A stretch of 64,000 nt of DNA from Isurus oxyrinchus (lineage: Eukaryota), in contig JANJGN010000087.1 in assembly GCA_026770705.1 (NCBI GenBank), positions 682,001 through 746,000 on the forward strand. The letters run 5' to 3'. Below, in pieces: positions 12,552-26,049 of this stretch. Position numbers and translations under genes: made by a program. How positions within the stretch are numbered: the first letter of the stretch is position 1; each line of letters opens with the position of its first letter. A model generated the notes under the pieces. That model ran no database searches. It was not told the DNA's origin and was given only the letters and a program-made list of their open reading frames with translations.

Positions 12552-13378
12552 TCATTCGAATCGAATCTTTACCCTTTTTGGATTAAGGTTGAATGGGCGT
12601 TTTACATCGTTCACCAACTCCTCTCTGAATTTAATCCGGGTAAGAATTTGAATACATGTGTTGGTGCAATTATTGTGACGCTGCAGCTTTGCTGCTCTGA
12701 TTTCTGTTATATTAATAGTTTGTGGAAATACAGATAATTGCTATAAACTAGGTGGAATGCCGTTAACAGAATTAAATTGCCAGAAATTCTGAACATTAAA
12801 ATGGTGGACATCCTTCGGCTCAACAGCTCTAGTTCCTAGCGATCCTCTTTCTTATTACAGCCCTGGAGACTTCATCGGATACTATTGGAAACCACAAGAT
12901 GTCTGATCATTGGGAGATTGAGAAGCAAAATCAGAAGAGCATCAAATATACGGATGATACGGGTGAAGTAACAATATATTATCAAGTTTATTTATTGGTT
13001 CCCGGATAAAGTACCACGAGATCATAACAAAGCAGCCCACCACGCTCACTGTTCCGAAATCGACAGCTTCAGTTTTCTCGGTACAATACTTTGTTCTCAG
13101 TTTTTTGCAACAAATGGCCATGAATCGGTCAAAGTTGAAAGCGACTGTGAAACATATGGAAAGCGCTGTTGCTTCAAAGGACAAGGTGTTAATGAAGTAG
13201 CACACAGGAGTAATTTTCAGGAAGTAATCTAGGAAATAAAGCGCCCCTAACCATTGCAATATCGCTTCAGGTAGAACGACAGGGAGATCGGTCACAGCCT
13301 TTCCCAGCTGGTGCCCCGTGATACATTTGGGCAGAACGCATTTTCCTCGGGAAAGGATTGCAATCGCCGCCATGTTAA
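12552..13378 (-). pseudogene. GPR139/GPR142-like rhodopsin-class GPCR, decayed second exon (end of TM1 to C-terminus)
   Basis: VNMAAIAILSRGKC, TVAFNFDRFMAICC-KLRTKYCTEKT and CTNTCI...KFREEL motifs; CCCTCTCCAAG acceptor at 13379-80; stops and a deletion after TM4. Confidence 0.85.
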
Positions 13379-15539
13379 CTTGGAGAGGGGGAAAGATAAA
13401 GCATAGAAGTTATTGTTAAGATGTGGGGCCACAGCAGGAGGTGGCACAATCTCTGGTTGAAGTTAGTACTTTACTGGACCATCATCCGATTCACGCTGTT
13501 TTTTTTTTTGAACCTTTGATTGGGTTTTATTTTTAAAACCAGCAATGATTCAGGAAATCTTGAAACAATTTGTATCAATTTTATCGATTCCACAGAAAGG
13601 ACTGAGTGACTCTGCAGTGCAGTGCCAGCCGAGAGGCGGAAGTCAGTTTACACAGGCGGAATCCAACGTCTGCAATTGTCATTTGGTCTGCATTCGAACG
13701 GGAGGGATTCCTTGTGACAACATTTATTACAGCTGCTTCGTTCGACTGGTACATGCGAATCAATCAGTGTTTTGCCGAAACAGTCTTTAAAATAAAATAA
13801 ATGAACTCACATCGGATTGAGTTCAAGGTTCTGGATACCATTGGGAGAGTAATTTGGAGGCCTAGACAATGAATTATAGTTTTCGGAAGACAGGGGAAAT
13901 GTCATATCCGAGCTGGAAGGAAGACTGGAGCTGATGGATTTGGCAGTTGCATAAACTGATTAAAATCAGAGTAGAATTAGTTAAAAAGAGATATATTTCA
14001 GCAGAATAATAGTGCAAAAATGTCTTTAACAGTTCAGTTTGCACAAAAAAACATAATTACCTGTGCCCATTTGTGTTATGGAACCAGTAAGCTGGGAACA
14101 AATCAAGTGTGATCAATTCCCTCAGCACATTTTCAAGCAATAAATTTAAACATGTTCTTGACATGATGTTTTTTCCTAATGAATTGTCAGATGGTATTTA
14201 AATCACGATAGTGAAGCTGTCAATCGACATCATGGAAATGAAAACATGACGCTATTATGCCTAGTCTGCAGTAAGGAAGGAAAATGAAGCTTCAATAAAA
14301 AACTCTCTTGAAGGCTTGACAGTTTTAACTCACACCGAGCAGATCCACCATTACTCTGCACTATATGTGGCACCATCGTATGTGCAACTTAAAATCAGTT
14401 TTGTCTCAATAATTGTTCTGAGCAAATCAGCCGTCCCACCTTATGCATGATTCACACTGATGATAGCTTTACATTATTTTGTTCTCTCTCTCTCTCCAAT
14501 GCTCTCCTCTCTTTTTTCAACGTTCATTTTGGGTATTATATCCTGCTTCTCCATTCTATTAGCCAGCCAGATTTCAAACTTTAGTATTCACAATCTGTGC
14601 AGTTGTTCAGCCGCGGTGAGCAGTTTAACAATTTGAGCAACAATGCATGTCTCCAACTGTTTGTATCATGTACAATGCACAGAAGAAAAAAAAATCATGG
14701 ATCTTTCAAGCAGACTTCACAAAAATATAAATAAAATAATTGTCTTGCAATTGTAAAGTACAGTGCTGGATTGTTCCATGATTCAATTAGCCGGAAGTCA
14801 ATTTCATCTATGCTCCCAATAAGTTAATACTTAACTGGAAGGAACCGTAGCCGGACAAAAGCAGTGAACATCCCTGCAAAACAGTGAACATTATACAACG
14901 CCCCATCAAAGTGCTTCACTTTTCAGTGTGGCCCCGTTACAGTGAAATCATCCAAAATGCATTTTGCGAGAAAATATGAAAGAGCGAGCAGAGCATTCAA
15001 TCGTAAACCTGAAGCAGTGCCGAAATGAAAAGAAAAAATCAACAGTGAGAAAACAAACAAAAGAAAAACATTGGAATCAAATCTAAAACAGAAGAATGCA
15101 GTTGGAGATGGAGGGATTTCAGCTGCCTGTTTTACAAATGGAAACTGTGATCAGCCTCTTTCTGAAGCACTAGAAAAACGCTTATCAAGAAACCCGAAGA
15201 AATGTAGCCCCAAATACAACATTGTTCACATCTCCCGGTGGCCTCATTCGTTCTGTTAGTCCAGAAACACGTTCCCCATACAATAATACATAAATTAATG
15301 AATTAACATTTCAAAGCATTTTCAATTATAAATACAATGAAAGCCCTGCTTGCACACGAACAAGGAGAGATCACATCCACAGTTGGGCAAATGCAACTTG
15401 GGTATTCGCAATTTGGTGCACAGTGGGCAGTTGGTGCGTAGGGTGCGAGCTGTTCTTTGCATTTTTTCCAACTTCTTAAACTTTCAGAGCGAGAGCTTTG
15501 CCCTGCTGCATCACTAGAGACTATTATGAAAATAAATCA

Positions 15540-18030
15540 CTGGGAAGTAGTGGGTAAGGGATTACCTATTTTAACCTCTAATAGTTTAAGCTTTCTTTGT
15601 TGCTTTAGTTTGTATATTCTGTAGTAACGAAACAAGGGCCTAACAGTAATTGACATAAAATGTTTAATGTAAAAGGATTGGGCATGGCAAGAGCATTCAA
15701 AGCTGTGGTGTCGTCCTCGTGCTCCTTGTGGGAGGCCAGGGATATTTAAATGCCCGAGACCAGCATATCTAAAGGAGGTAAGTCCTCCTGCAGCTCCAGG
15801 AAGTTCGGGTTTCATAGCTGGAACTTGGTCTGGAGTCACTGAGGAGCATCCGCGAGGATGTGAGCATCATCGACAGCACGTTTAGAATTGTCGTCACACC
15901 GAAGCTGAAGGGACTAGAGGATGGAAGGGATGGGTGACCGCTGGCAGGCCCAGTTGAAGCAGACAGGTAGTTACAGAGTCCCCTGGGGTCCCGCTCGCAA
16001 ATCGGTATTCTATTTTGGAGGCTGTTAAGACCGATGGGTCGCCCAGGGCATGCAGACAAGCCATGCTTCTGTCGCCACAGGCAGCCTGTCTGAACAGGAG
16101 TGGGGAAGGGAGGAAGTAATAGGGGATTCTGCTGTCAGGGGGACAGATAGGCGCTACTGTGGTCCTCAATGTGGCTCCAGGACGGTGCCAGGGTCCGGGA
16201 TGTCACTGAATGGCTGCAGGGAATCTTGAAGGGGGAGAGTGATAAGGCACTGTTTTTGGTACATGTTGGTACCAGTGAAATAGGTAGAAAGAGGGATGAG
16301 GTCTTGCATCAAGAATTCAGCGAATAAAGCAGTATACTAAAAATCAAGACTTCTCGGGTTGTAATCTCAAGATAGCTACCAGTGTCACATACTATCGAGG
16401 TCAAAAAAGGAGAATAACACAGATGAATACGTGGCTTTAGCATTTGCACAGGAGGGAAGATTTTTTTAGATTCCGGGAACACTGGGACCCTTTCTAGGGA
16501 GGTTGGAATCTGTATAACGGGATGAACTACATCTGAACCAGAGCGGGAATAACATCCTTGCAGGTGGGTTTCCTAGTGCTGTTGTCAGGATTTCAGATTA
16601 ATTGGGCAGGGGGATGGGACACAGCGTTATCAGGATAAGGACACATCATACTAGAGTACAAAAATAAAGTCATAGGAAATACAGTGGCATTACGATTTCA
16701 AGGGAGTAACGCAAGGCTGGATGGCCTCTACTTTAATGCGAGGAGTATTACACGTAAAACTAATGAGTTAAGAGTGAGGATTGACAAGTGCATTTGTTTT
16801 ATAGTAGCCACCATTGAGACGTAGTTGAGGGAAGGGCGGGATTGCCTGTTCAACATTTAGGGACATGGAATGTTCAGGCGAGTCAGGGGAAGGGTTAATT
16901 GAGGAGGAGGCGTTGCACTATTAGTTAAGGAGTTAGTTACTGCAGTAAGGAGAGATGATATATTGGAGGGTGCATCGAGTGAAGCTTTGCAGTTAAAGCT
17001 GAGGAATAAAAAAAGGGCAGCAGCATTGTCAGGTGTTTCTTATAGAGCCCAAGATATTCAGTGGGAAATTGAGGAGCAAATATGTGCAAAATTTGCAGAG
17101 ATGTGTAAAAGCAATAAAAAAAGGTTAACTATATTAGGTGATTTCAACATTCCTAGAATTTCAACCATTGAACTGGAGAAAAGTTGCTGCACAGAAGGAG
17201 GCCATTCGGCCCATCATGTCCATGACAGCGCGAAGACACCCACGTACTCTTTCTAATCCCACCTTATGCCACTAGTCCCATAGCCCTGCAGCTAACAACA
17301 CTTTACGTGCAGATCCAGTTACTTTTTCAAAGAGTTTAAAGTTCAAAGGAACAAAGGGACCTTGGCAGGCGTGTCCATAGATCTCAGAAGGCAGAGGGTC
17401 ATATTAGTGGGGGAGTGAAAAATGCAAAAAAACAATTGCCTTTATCAATCGATGAATAGAATGCAAATGCCGGGGGCTCATGCTGGAGTTCTATAGAACC
17501 TTATCTGGGCCACAGCTTCAGCATTGTGTGCAGTTCTGGTTGCCACATTATAAGAAAGATGTGATTGTACTGGAGTGGGTGCAGAGGAGATTCACCACGA
17601 TGTTGCCTGGGATTAAATATTCATGTTATGAACAGAGGTTGGACAGACTTAAGTTTTCTTCCTTGGAGCAAAGATGACTGAGGGGAGACCAGATCGAGCT
17701 GTACAATATTATGATAGGGATGGACATGGTGGATAGTGAGCAACTGTTCCCCTTTGTTCTACGGTAATTCACAAAGGGGCCTAAGTTTAACGTGAGGGGC
17801 AGGAGGTGCAGGGGGTAATGAGGAAAAACTATTTTACCCAGGTGACGGTCTGGAATGCATTGCCATTAAAAAAGTATGTGGATGAGCACTTGGCACAACA
17901 TAACTTTAAAGGTAATGGGTCAAGTGCTGGTAAATGGAGTTTAGATAGGTAGGTCAGGAATTTCTCACCTGCCGGTGCCGCCTCGATGGGCCGAAGGGCC
18001 TCTTCTCGATTTCTGCTGGTCTGAAAACGG
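15540..18030 (+). mobile_element. decayed CR1 LINE: ORF1 (zinc-finger + SGNH esterase-like), APE start and 3' end; central ORF2 missing
   Basis: GDS and HVGTSEIG esterase-like motifs (16120-16290); YFNARSI, GGGVALLVK, ILGDFN; then YRTL-GPQLQHCVQFWLPHYKKD and the tail. An antisense CR1 tail sits at the junction, 17165-17340. Confidence 0.85.
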
Positions 18031-18957
18031 CACCTCAAGAAGGAACCCTGAAGAAAACTATTCAACTGGGCCCTGAATAATACGTGGGATGAGTTCCCAC
18101 CAAGAGAAACATGTTCGATCGTTGCTCGAAGTCACATTCATTCAGTAGCTTTGAATTATTTCTTTCAAGGCAGACAAATCTAGATACAAAGCATTACCTA
18201 ATTCAGAACTTTCCTGGCAAGAAACTCAGAAGTCTGCACATTAAGGGCTGATCCCACAAAAATGAACAGGTACTTAGAATTTTTCTTTTCATTTTTGGAT
18301 ACTTTTCGTTCTTTCAGTTCTAATTATAAATATGACTGGTATCACTGTATTACAGTGAATCATGGAGCAGTGGAACCAATAACTGTGTGTCCCTGACACG
18401 GGGTCAATTACAGTTAATATTCAGGATCCCAACCGAGAGTTTGTTTTGAAAGATATTATGCAAAGGCAATCACATTGTCCTATTGACATACCCTCCATTG
18501 CTGCTTCACTGCAGAGTTTTTCTTCTTCTCCTTGATCAGAAAATTATCCCAGCAAAATTAGAAGTGTCCCTTTCACCAATCACCAACCATCCAAACTTTA
18601 TCTTCCGTCAACATGTCCCACACCAACCAGGTTCCTCTCCCTCACGACCCTTCCTCCCAATGACTCAATATTTGTAATTTCTACTGCGATATTGGACATG
18701 GGCTACAATCCCAAAAAGGGTTTCGCCTTTCCTCACCTTGACCCTCGTTCCTAAGCCTGTGGTAAATCTGCTTTGATCTCTGAAAAAAAGAACGGACAGT
18801 GCATTATTTTGGTGGGGTTTAATCAACATTATGTACTGTGGCGTCAGCGTCTCTGGCAGGTTGAGCCCTCCTGTTCACAGCATGTCATCATGAACTGATT
18901 ACCTCCTTAGCCTGCCACCCCACCTCAAACCTCCCGCTCTTCCTCCCTACACAAAAT

Positions 18958-18959
<2 letters not shown>

Positions 18960-18998
<39 letters not shown>

Positions 18999-19032
18999 AC
19001 ACAGACGCAAACTCTCACACACACACACACAA
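18960..19032. repeat. (CA)n microsatellite
   Basis: Direct inspection. Confidence 0.95.
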
Positions 19033-19529
19033 ACGTCGCTCCCCTACCAAAAAATAAAGTTTCACTCACCCTGCATTCATGGCTTTGGCTTCCTGCGGGG
19101 ACCGCCCCTAATGTTCGAGAGTCCCAACTCCCACCCTCTGTGCCAAGAGGTATAATTTAAATTCCGCCTCCCTTATTGGAACCTATCTTTGGTTAACTGC
19201 CATCTACCATTGAACACAGTCCATTTTTATCTCTTTCCAAATCTCTATTCCCCATACCGTGAAAAAGTGCACGAAAAGCTCTCCCTGTGTGAAAACTCAA
19301 CAGAGTTTTGTAACTGTCAGAAAGCTTTAGCAGGCTGGATGTTATTTCCTGAATATACAAAGTTGCGGGGTGGCGTGGTGGATTTCATTAGCATTCTGAG
19401 TAAAACATGCATATTGGTAGATGTTTAGGCTGTCGGGTCGACCTCATATTCAGCTCATAATTGTTAGGGTACATCTGGTATTCTGACATGGAAATTCACT
19501 TCCAGTTTCCATTACCCAGGAATAATATA

Positions 19530-21740
19530 AAATTATGAAAAAAACAGGCAATGCTGCAAAAGCTCAGCACGTCTAGCAACAGATGTGGAGAGAGAAACAG
19601 AGTCATCGCTTCGAGCCCGTATGACTCTTCTTCAGAGCTGAAGAGAATTGGGATCATAATGAAATGTAAGCTGTTTAAGGGGATTGGGGCATGTGAAGTG
19701 AGATAGAAGGCCAGCGATACGTAAGGTCAAAGGAGAGATTGACAACAGTGTCAGAGCTACAAGGACATAAGGATTCTTAATTGTAGTAGTACAGCTAAAA
19801 GCGGTGCTCATTGTAGCAAACATATCATAAATCAGAATGCAATAATAGCAGAGCAAGAGTAGCATTGAGTGAAAGAACAACATGTAACAAGTAACAGTTG
19901 AGGTCTTTGGAGATGGTGTTGGGGGAGCGGGCAGTGGTGCGGGAAAAGGATAGATAATGGGAAAGAAGGGTGATAAAAAAGTTCTACAACAATGGCTAAA
20001 TGACGAAAATAAGTTGCAGAAATAAAAGTCAGGGTAAAAAGGGGGATTATACATGTTGGTAAAATTTAATGGGCTGAAGTTGTGAACTGAATCTGAAGTT
20101 CAAACATCAGAAGTTGCCTAGTCAGGAGATGAGGTATTGTTCCTCCAGTTTGCTTTGGGTTTCAGTGAAGCATTGCAGGAGGCAAAGAATGGACATGTGG
20201 GCATGAGAGCAGAATGGGTTGTTGAAATGGCAATTGGCTGGAAGGGCTGTGTTATGCTTGTAGACAGAATGGAGGTGCATCGCAAAGCGGGCACCCAGCC
20301 TGGGTTTAGTAAACGTTGTTTAGCAGACCAAATTGAAGGAGGCGCATGGAAACGCTGTTTCACCTGCAGACAGTGTTTGGGCGCTTTGATGGTGATGAGG
20401 GAGAAAGGAAAGTGTCAGATGTTGCAACTTCTGCAATTGCAATGGAAGGTGCTGTGGAAAGGGGATGAAGTGTTTACGGTGATGGAGAAGTGTACAAGAG
20501 TGTCTCGGCGTAACTTATTCCGACATGATGTTGACAAAAGGTTGCGGGGTATCTGTGTTAGATGCGTTCATCGTGCTGGAGCTGGCAGAAATGGCGCTGA
20601 AAGATTATTTGAATGTGGAGAGAGTTTGGTGAAAATTCAGGACCAAGGGTGTTCCATCATGACTCTGGCAGGGAGAAGATGGTGTGAGGGCAGAAGCGTT
20701 GGAGGTGGTTAGGGCCTGGTTGAAGGCCCTATCAACAACAGTGCCTGAGGCACCTCGGATGGAGAAGAAGGGGCACATGCCCGAAGTTTTGATTTTTATT
20801 GTGGAATCAAGGGAACAGGTGTGAAGTAGTTGAAAGAACTGGGAGAATGGTTTGGAGCCATTATATGAAGCAGAGTGCAGTTTAAGATGTGTGGAGGACT
20901 CTTTGAGAGTCAGTGGGCTTGCCATGAATATTGTGGGAATTTTATCAACAAAAATGAAGACAGAGGTGTTAAATAAGGGTCGGGGAGTGCCGGATATGAA
21001 GCATGGGAGACGATGAGTGGAAGCAGTGGAGTGAATATCTCAAGATGATATAAGGTAAGTGATAGTCCTGGAATCAATGGCTTCATGTTCCGTGGTGAGG
21101 CCATGCTACAAGGGGAGATAGGTAGCATTGTCTGCGAGTTGGCGCTGAGCTTCTGTGAGGTAGTGGCCAGTGTGCCAGACAACAACATACCACCCTTGCT
21201 GGCAGGTTTGTGAACAAAGTTAGTGTTAGACCTAAAACAAAAGAAGGTTCAGAAGGGGACAGGCTAGCGTGTGTGAAAGGACCAGAGAAATTGAATTGGC
21301 TGACGTCGCACTGATGATCTCAATGAAAAGATCAAGAGCAGGTAATATGCCAGAAACAGGTGACATGGTGGAGGGAGGGTACTGGAGGCGGATGAAGTTA
21401 TCCGTGCAATGGCTGGCCTACTCCTTGCCCAAAGAAATGAGCACAGAGTTGGAAGTAGAAGATGACAAGTTCAGCATGGGGCCGAGCCCAAAATACATTG
21501 AGGTAAGGACGTTAGGTCATGGACCTGAGTCATTGGCTGGGTACTGGACGTTCAGCGTCATAGAGGGGAAGGCCAGAGAATATTGTGAATGCGTGGCAAG
21601 GGCTGGGAGTATGAGACAGGATGGGGTCAGAGGGACACGACGGGTGTGGTTTCTGGTTATCAAGTACTGGTTGGAGCGTGCGTTCCTTAACACCTGAAAA
21701 GAAGCTAAAAATATTCCTCTTAGCATGTCAGATCAGAAGA
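19530..21740 (-). mobile_element. old Penelope-like element, antisense, with pLTR at ~19530-19700
   Basis: Fragments PFSQFFQL, VVDRAFNQ and ANWRNNTSS match the frames of the 28.4-30.5 kb copy. Confidence 0.8.
19601..19639 (-). ncRNA. degenerate minimal hammerhead motif in old Penelope pLTR (canonical CUGAAGA core)
   Basis: CTGAAGA A GAGTC ATACG GGCTC GAAGCG; GAAA is mutated to GAAG. Confidence 0.55.
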
Positions 21741-22199
21741 GAAATGAAATCAATCAGATGGTCAGGGCAGCTTTGAGATAGGATGAGTCAATGCTGATGT
21801 GACGGGAGTGCACATGGATACATAGGGCAGCACAGGACACTGCTCATGGACCTTTGGATGCAGACAGCAGTGCATTCCAGGTTTTGCTGGAATTTCTGCC
21901 AATTTTGTCCACGCCTGACTGCAATTTCGAAGGTTGACCACATTGATGTATCCCATTAAGTGTAACTATGGTGCACTCTCAGTGATTTAGGGGAGTATTC
22001 TCTAAGATGTTGGCCCAGTGACAATGAAGACACGGTAATATATACACTAATGATGATGCTGTGCGCCTTCAAGCACAGCATGCAGCTAGTTGTGTACTCA
22101 TGCTTCTGCTGTCCTGGAGGTAATTGTCGAGGGTAGCCATGTATCCTGTAGATGGCACTCCTTGCTGTCATGTGTGCAGGTGATGGAGAATGATAGTGC

Positions 22200-23545
22200 T
22201 TAATGTAGTGAGTAAGGCACGCTTTGCTTCCAATCCTCTTGAGCTTGTGCGTTGTCTGAGCTTCGCTGATCTAGGAAAATGGGAATTAGTCTAAGGAAAT
22301 GAACAGTTGCTACTTATTGATGGATGAGCAAGCTGTGGGGATGAAGGTGATGAATTACTCGCCACAGTATATTCAACCATTTACCTGGACTTGCCAGCAC
22401 AAAATTTAAATTGCTCGCCGGTTAAGTAGCTACATATTAACATTCCTTAGCAAATTTCAGGTAGAAGATTTGTTGATGTTGATGGCAGTGAAATGTAAGA
22501 GGAGATGTTTTGAATTCATTTCGTTGGAAATTACCTGGAATGCGCATGGTGGAATAATCGGTTCCCGCCTATCGGTTAAAGCGAGAATGTTGTCCAGACA
22601 TTGTTTTATATTGGAATGGACGGCTTGAAAGCCTGTGGAGATAGGAATATTGCTCAATATTGTGCAGCCTTCAGCGAACATCAACACTGATAAATTTATG
22701 TTGGAGGGAAAATACTTATAAAGGACCAATCGATGGTTGGGCCTAGGAGACAAGTGTGAGCAATTACGAAAACGCTGCCCTGGGGATCAGAGGGTTGTCC
22801 ACCGTAAATAGAAAAGACTCGGTTTTTTGTGTTAGGTGCGACTAAATCCCGTGCAGAGTGTGCAACACCATCCCACAACCTGACTTCTTATAAATTTCCA
22901 CCCCCCCCCCCGCCCCACCTTCCACGCCATCGACTGAATGTATTGACTGAGATTTAAAGAAAGTCTGAAGCTAATTGTTCAGAGAAAACTGTTGGAAAAA
23001 TCAATGATCCCATCGGATGTACCTTGCTTTAAGAGAAGAACTGGTATCTACGACAATTATTTAAAATATTTGTATCCAGGCAAGCATTTGTGATGCAAGG
23101 GGGCTTCTGGAGGAAGGTAGGTTCAAATGCTTCATCACTGTCATTTAAAAATCCTGGAAGCAGATGGGTCAGCGTGGAACAACCTCAGCATGTTGGTTGT
23201 TTTATTACCTACGACCATTCTCGAATGATGGGGCAGGCCTGCAGAGTTTTGTGCTGATCCATTGGCTTTAGCATCGCTTAGCTCTGCACATTTCATGCTG
23301 ATTCCACAATTCAGCATGCAATGAGACATGTGTTGTCGCTTCAACGTGTTGGCAGCTCCATTTTAGGTGTACGTGGCTGCTCATGACTCATGTCCTGTTC
23401 TCATCATTGAATCAGGAACATTTTCCTTTGAACGATTGGTAGAGTGAAGTAGATTTCGAGGCTGCATGTTGAAACAATGTGGATGAATACTGTTCTGCTG
23501 TTGTGATGATATATATAACCTAATTGATGTCCCAGTACTGAGCTG
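22200..23545 (-). mobile_element. decayed LINE (second CR1/L2-group family), antisense
   Basis: LMFAEGCTIL, CLDNILA resemble GMFADDCT of the 38.8 kb and 45.0 kb copies. Confidence 0.55.
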
Positions 23546-23559
23546 TCATATCTGCCCTG

Positions 23560-25780
23560 AAGGTAGAAATAGGAGAAGGATTAAGCCATTCAGACTTTTG
23601 GGACCTCCCGCAAACCATTGAAATAGTTGGTGATATTCACATTTAACATGATTTTCCTGCAGTTTCTCGCAACCCTTGATTAACTTTAGAAAACTATTGA
23701 CATCGGTCCTTTGAATACGCAATGACTGAGCCTCCACAGCCCCCTGGACCAGAGATTTCTAAAGATTGTACATACTCTCCTTTCAGAACTGCGTCCTCAT
23801 CCCTGTCCTAAATGGTCTGTTTTTAATTGAGATAACGCCTCCCTTGTTTCTCGACTCGTGATCCAGGTGAAAAGTCCTTCCAGCATCAGCCTTGGCTAAC
23901 ATTATTAGATTTTTTTCTCGTTTCAATGCGATCTAAACTCTGGATGTTAAATGTATTTTTATTTAATAATTCCTCATATGACAATCCCTCCATTTAATTA
24001 ATTAATTTGGTGAAACTTCGTTGCCATCCCCATTCTGCAAGTATAACGATCAAATTGCATAAAGAAATATTTTACCTTGCACTCAATTTTTTTCATTCAA
24101 AAGCCAATATGCTATTTAGCTTCTTAACTGCTGGCTGTGCCTCCATGTTAGCTTTCAGTGACTCATGAACAAGTATACCCAATGCCACATTTCCCACTCT
24201 CTGGACATTTTAGAAACACTCGGTGTTTCTCTTTTTTTCTGACGAAGGTGGATAACCTCGTATCTCTGCACATGGTATTCCATCTGCCGAACCTGCACCC
24301 ACTCGCTTAGCTTCTGCAAACCTCCTTGCATCCGTCTCAAAGTTGCGACTCCTACCTTGTTTTTTTTCATCTGTAATTTTGGAAATATTACCTTTAATCC
24401 CCAGATCCGAATCATTGGTATAGATTGTAAATAAGTGAATCCCAGGGAATTAATCTTGCAATTCCAAATTAGTCACAGCCTGTCGACCTGAAAATATTTA
24501 ATGATTCCTGGTCTCTGTTTTCTGACTCTTAAACAGTTCACAATGCAGGCTTTAACATCACACCCCATCCAACCCCCACCATCGCCCCACTCCCGCAATT
24601 TCATGCATCTAATGTTGCTTACCAGCTTCGCGTGTAGGAACTTACTAAAGCCTCCTGAAATTTTAAACATACCACTTGCAGAGTTTCACCGTGAACTGTT
24701 CTGCTTGAGCACATTCTCAGAAAATTCCAACAAATGTATTAATCGCAATTTCCCTGTTTCAAATCCATGTTGACTCGGGCTAACCCTCCGATTATTTCCT
24801 CGGTGTGTAATGTTCACATTCTCCGTTAGGAATACTAGAACTTTCCTTACTGCTGATGTCAGGCTAACACCTCTTGTTCACTATTTGCTCTCTCCTAATT
24901 TTCATAAATAACTTGGTTACATTCGCCACATTCCGATCAGCAGAATACATTCCAGAATCTATCAAATTTGAACGATGATCGCCATTGCATCTCCTATCTC
25001 TAAGCTACATTTTTCAATTTATCTGGATGCAGAACTTCACCTCAAAGGGAACCATTTGCTTTAAAGGCCTGTAATTTCTCCAGTATTATTTTCAAGACGA
25101 ATATTAATATCATGAACTTCCTCGCTTAGAGTAGTCCCCTGCTCCTCCAGTATTTTTGAGAGGTTTTAGCATTTTCCACCATAAAGACATGCATAAGATA
25201 TTTATATAGCTTCCCGGCCATTTCCTTATTCTGCGTTATAAGTTATCAATAATCCCCTGGTAATGGGCACATATTTGACGTTTATTCACAAGTATGTTCC
25301 TTTTTGCTTGCCTATAGGATATTTTACAGTCCATATTTTAATGTTTGACGCTAGATTAGCCTTATATTCTTTTCCCCTTAATTAATTCAGGTGTTTCTCA
25401 AGTGCCGGTGCAGATTCGATGGGCCGAATGACCTCTTGTGCACTGAGGTATTCTGTGTTTCTGTGAAGATTCTCTCTCTTTTTGATTCATCTTCGCTGAA
25501 TTTGAAATGCTTCCAATTCTCAGGCTTACTATTTTTTTTTTGCAAATTTGTACACTTCTTCCTTTGATCCAATGTAATCCTAAATTTAATAAATTAGCCA
25601 CGGCAGAAACACATTCCTTGCTTGGCATTTTTGCATTAAATTAATGTATTTTTGTTGTAAATTATGCACTCATTCCTTAAGGTTAAGCTATTGACTGTCT
25701 ACAATCATGTCTTTTAACGAAGCTTTGCAATAACAAAGTCAACTTGAAGATTGTGCATTTTAGATGAATATCCCATTGAA
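23560..25780 (-). mobile_element. decayed CR1 LINE, antisense (short sense CR1 tail at 25390-25460)
   Basis: LQKLSEWVQVRQMEYHVQRYEVIH motif; CR1 tail at ~23560. Confidence 0.75.
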
Positions 25781-26049
25781 CGAAAACACGTTGTGAATCA
25801 ATACTTGTTTTTTTTTTAGCAATTTATGATCTCTCTTTCTTAATGGGTAGTTTACAACAAAATTATTAATTCTGTCCATTAATTGCACAATACTAGATCT
25901 AAAATTTCCAGTTTTTAAGTTGGTTCTTCAAGATGCAAGTTCAGGAAACAATCTTACATGCACCCCAATATATATACCTACACAACATTAGTACTGATTA
26001 GTATTTCCCAGTTTATAGCACCTTGAACATCCTCATGATTACTGATATA

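Noticed and set aside
20137-20712. 191-aa plus-strand ORF as a gene
   Set aside because: Antisense reading of a decayed Penelope element.
22145-22158. CTCF-like motif CCTGTAGATGGCAC (also CCGCAAGGGGGC at 58534)
   Set aside because: Short matches are expected by chance in 64 kb; there is no supporting evidence.
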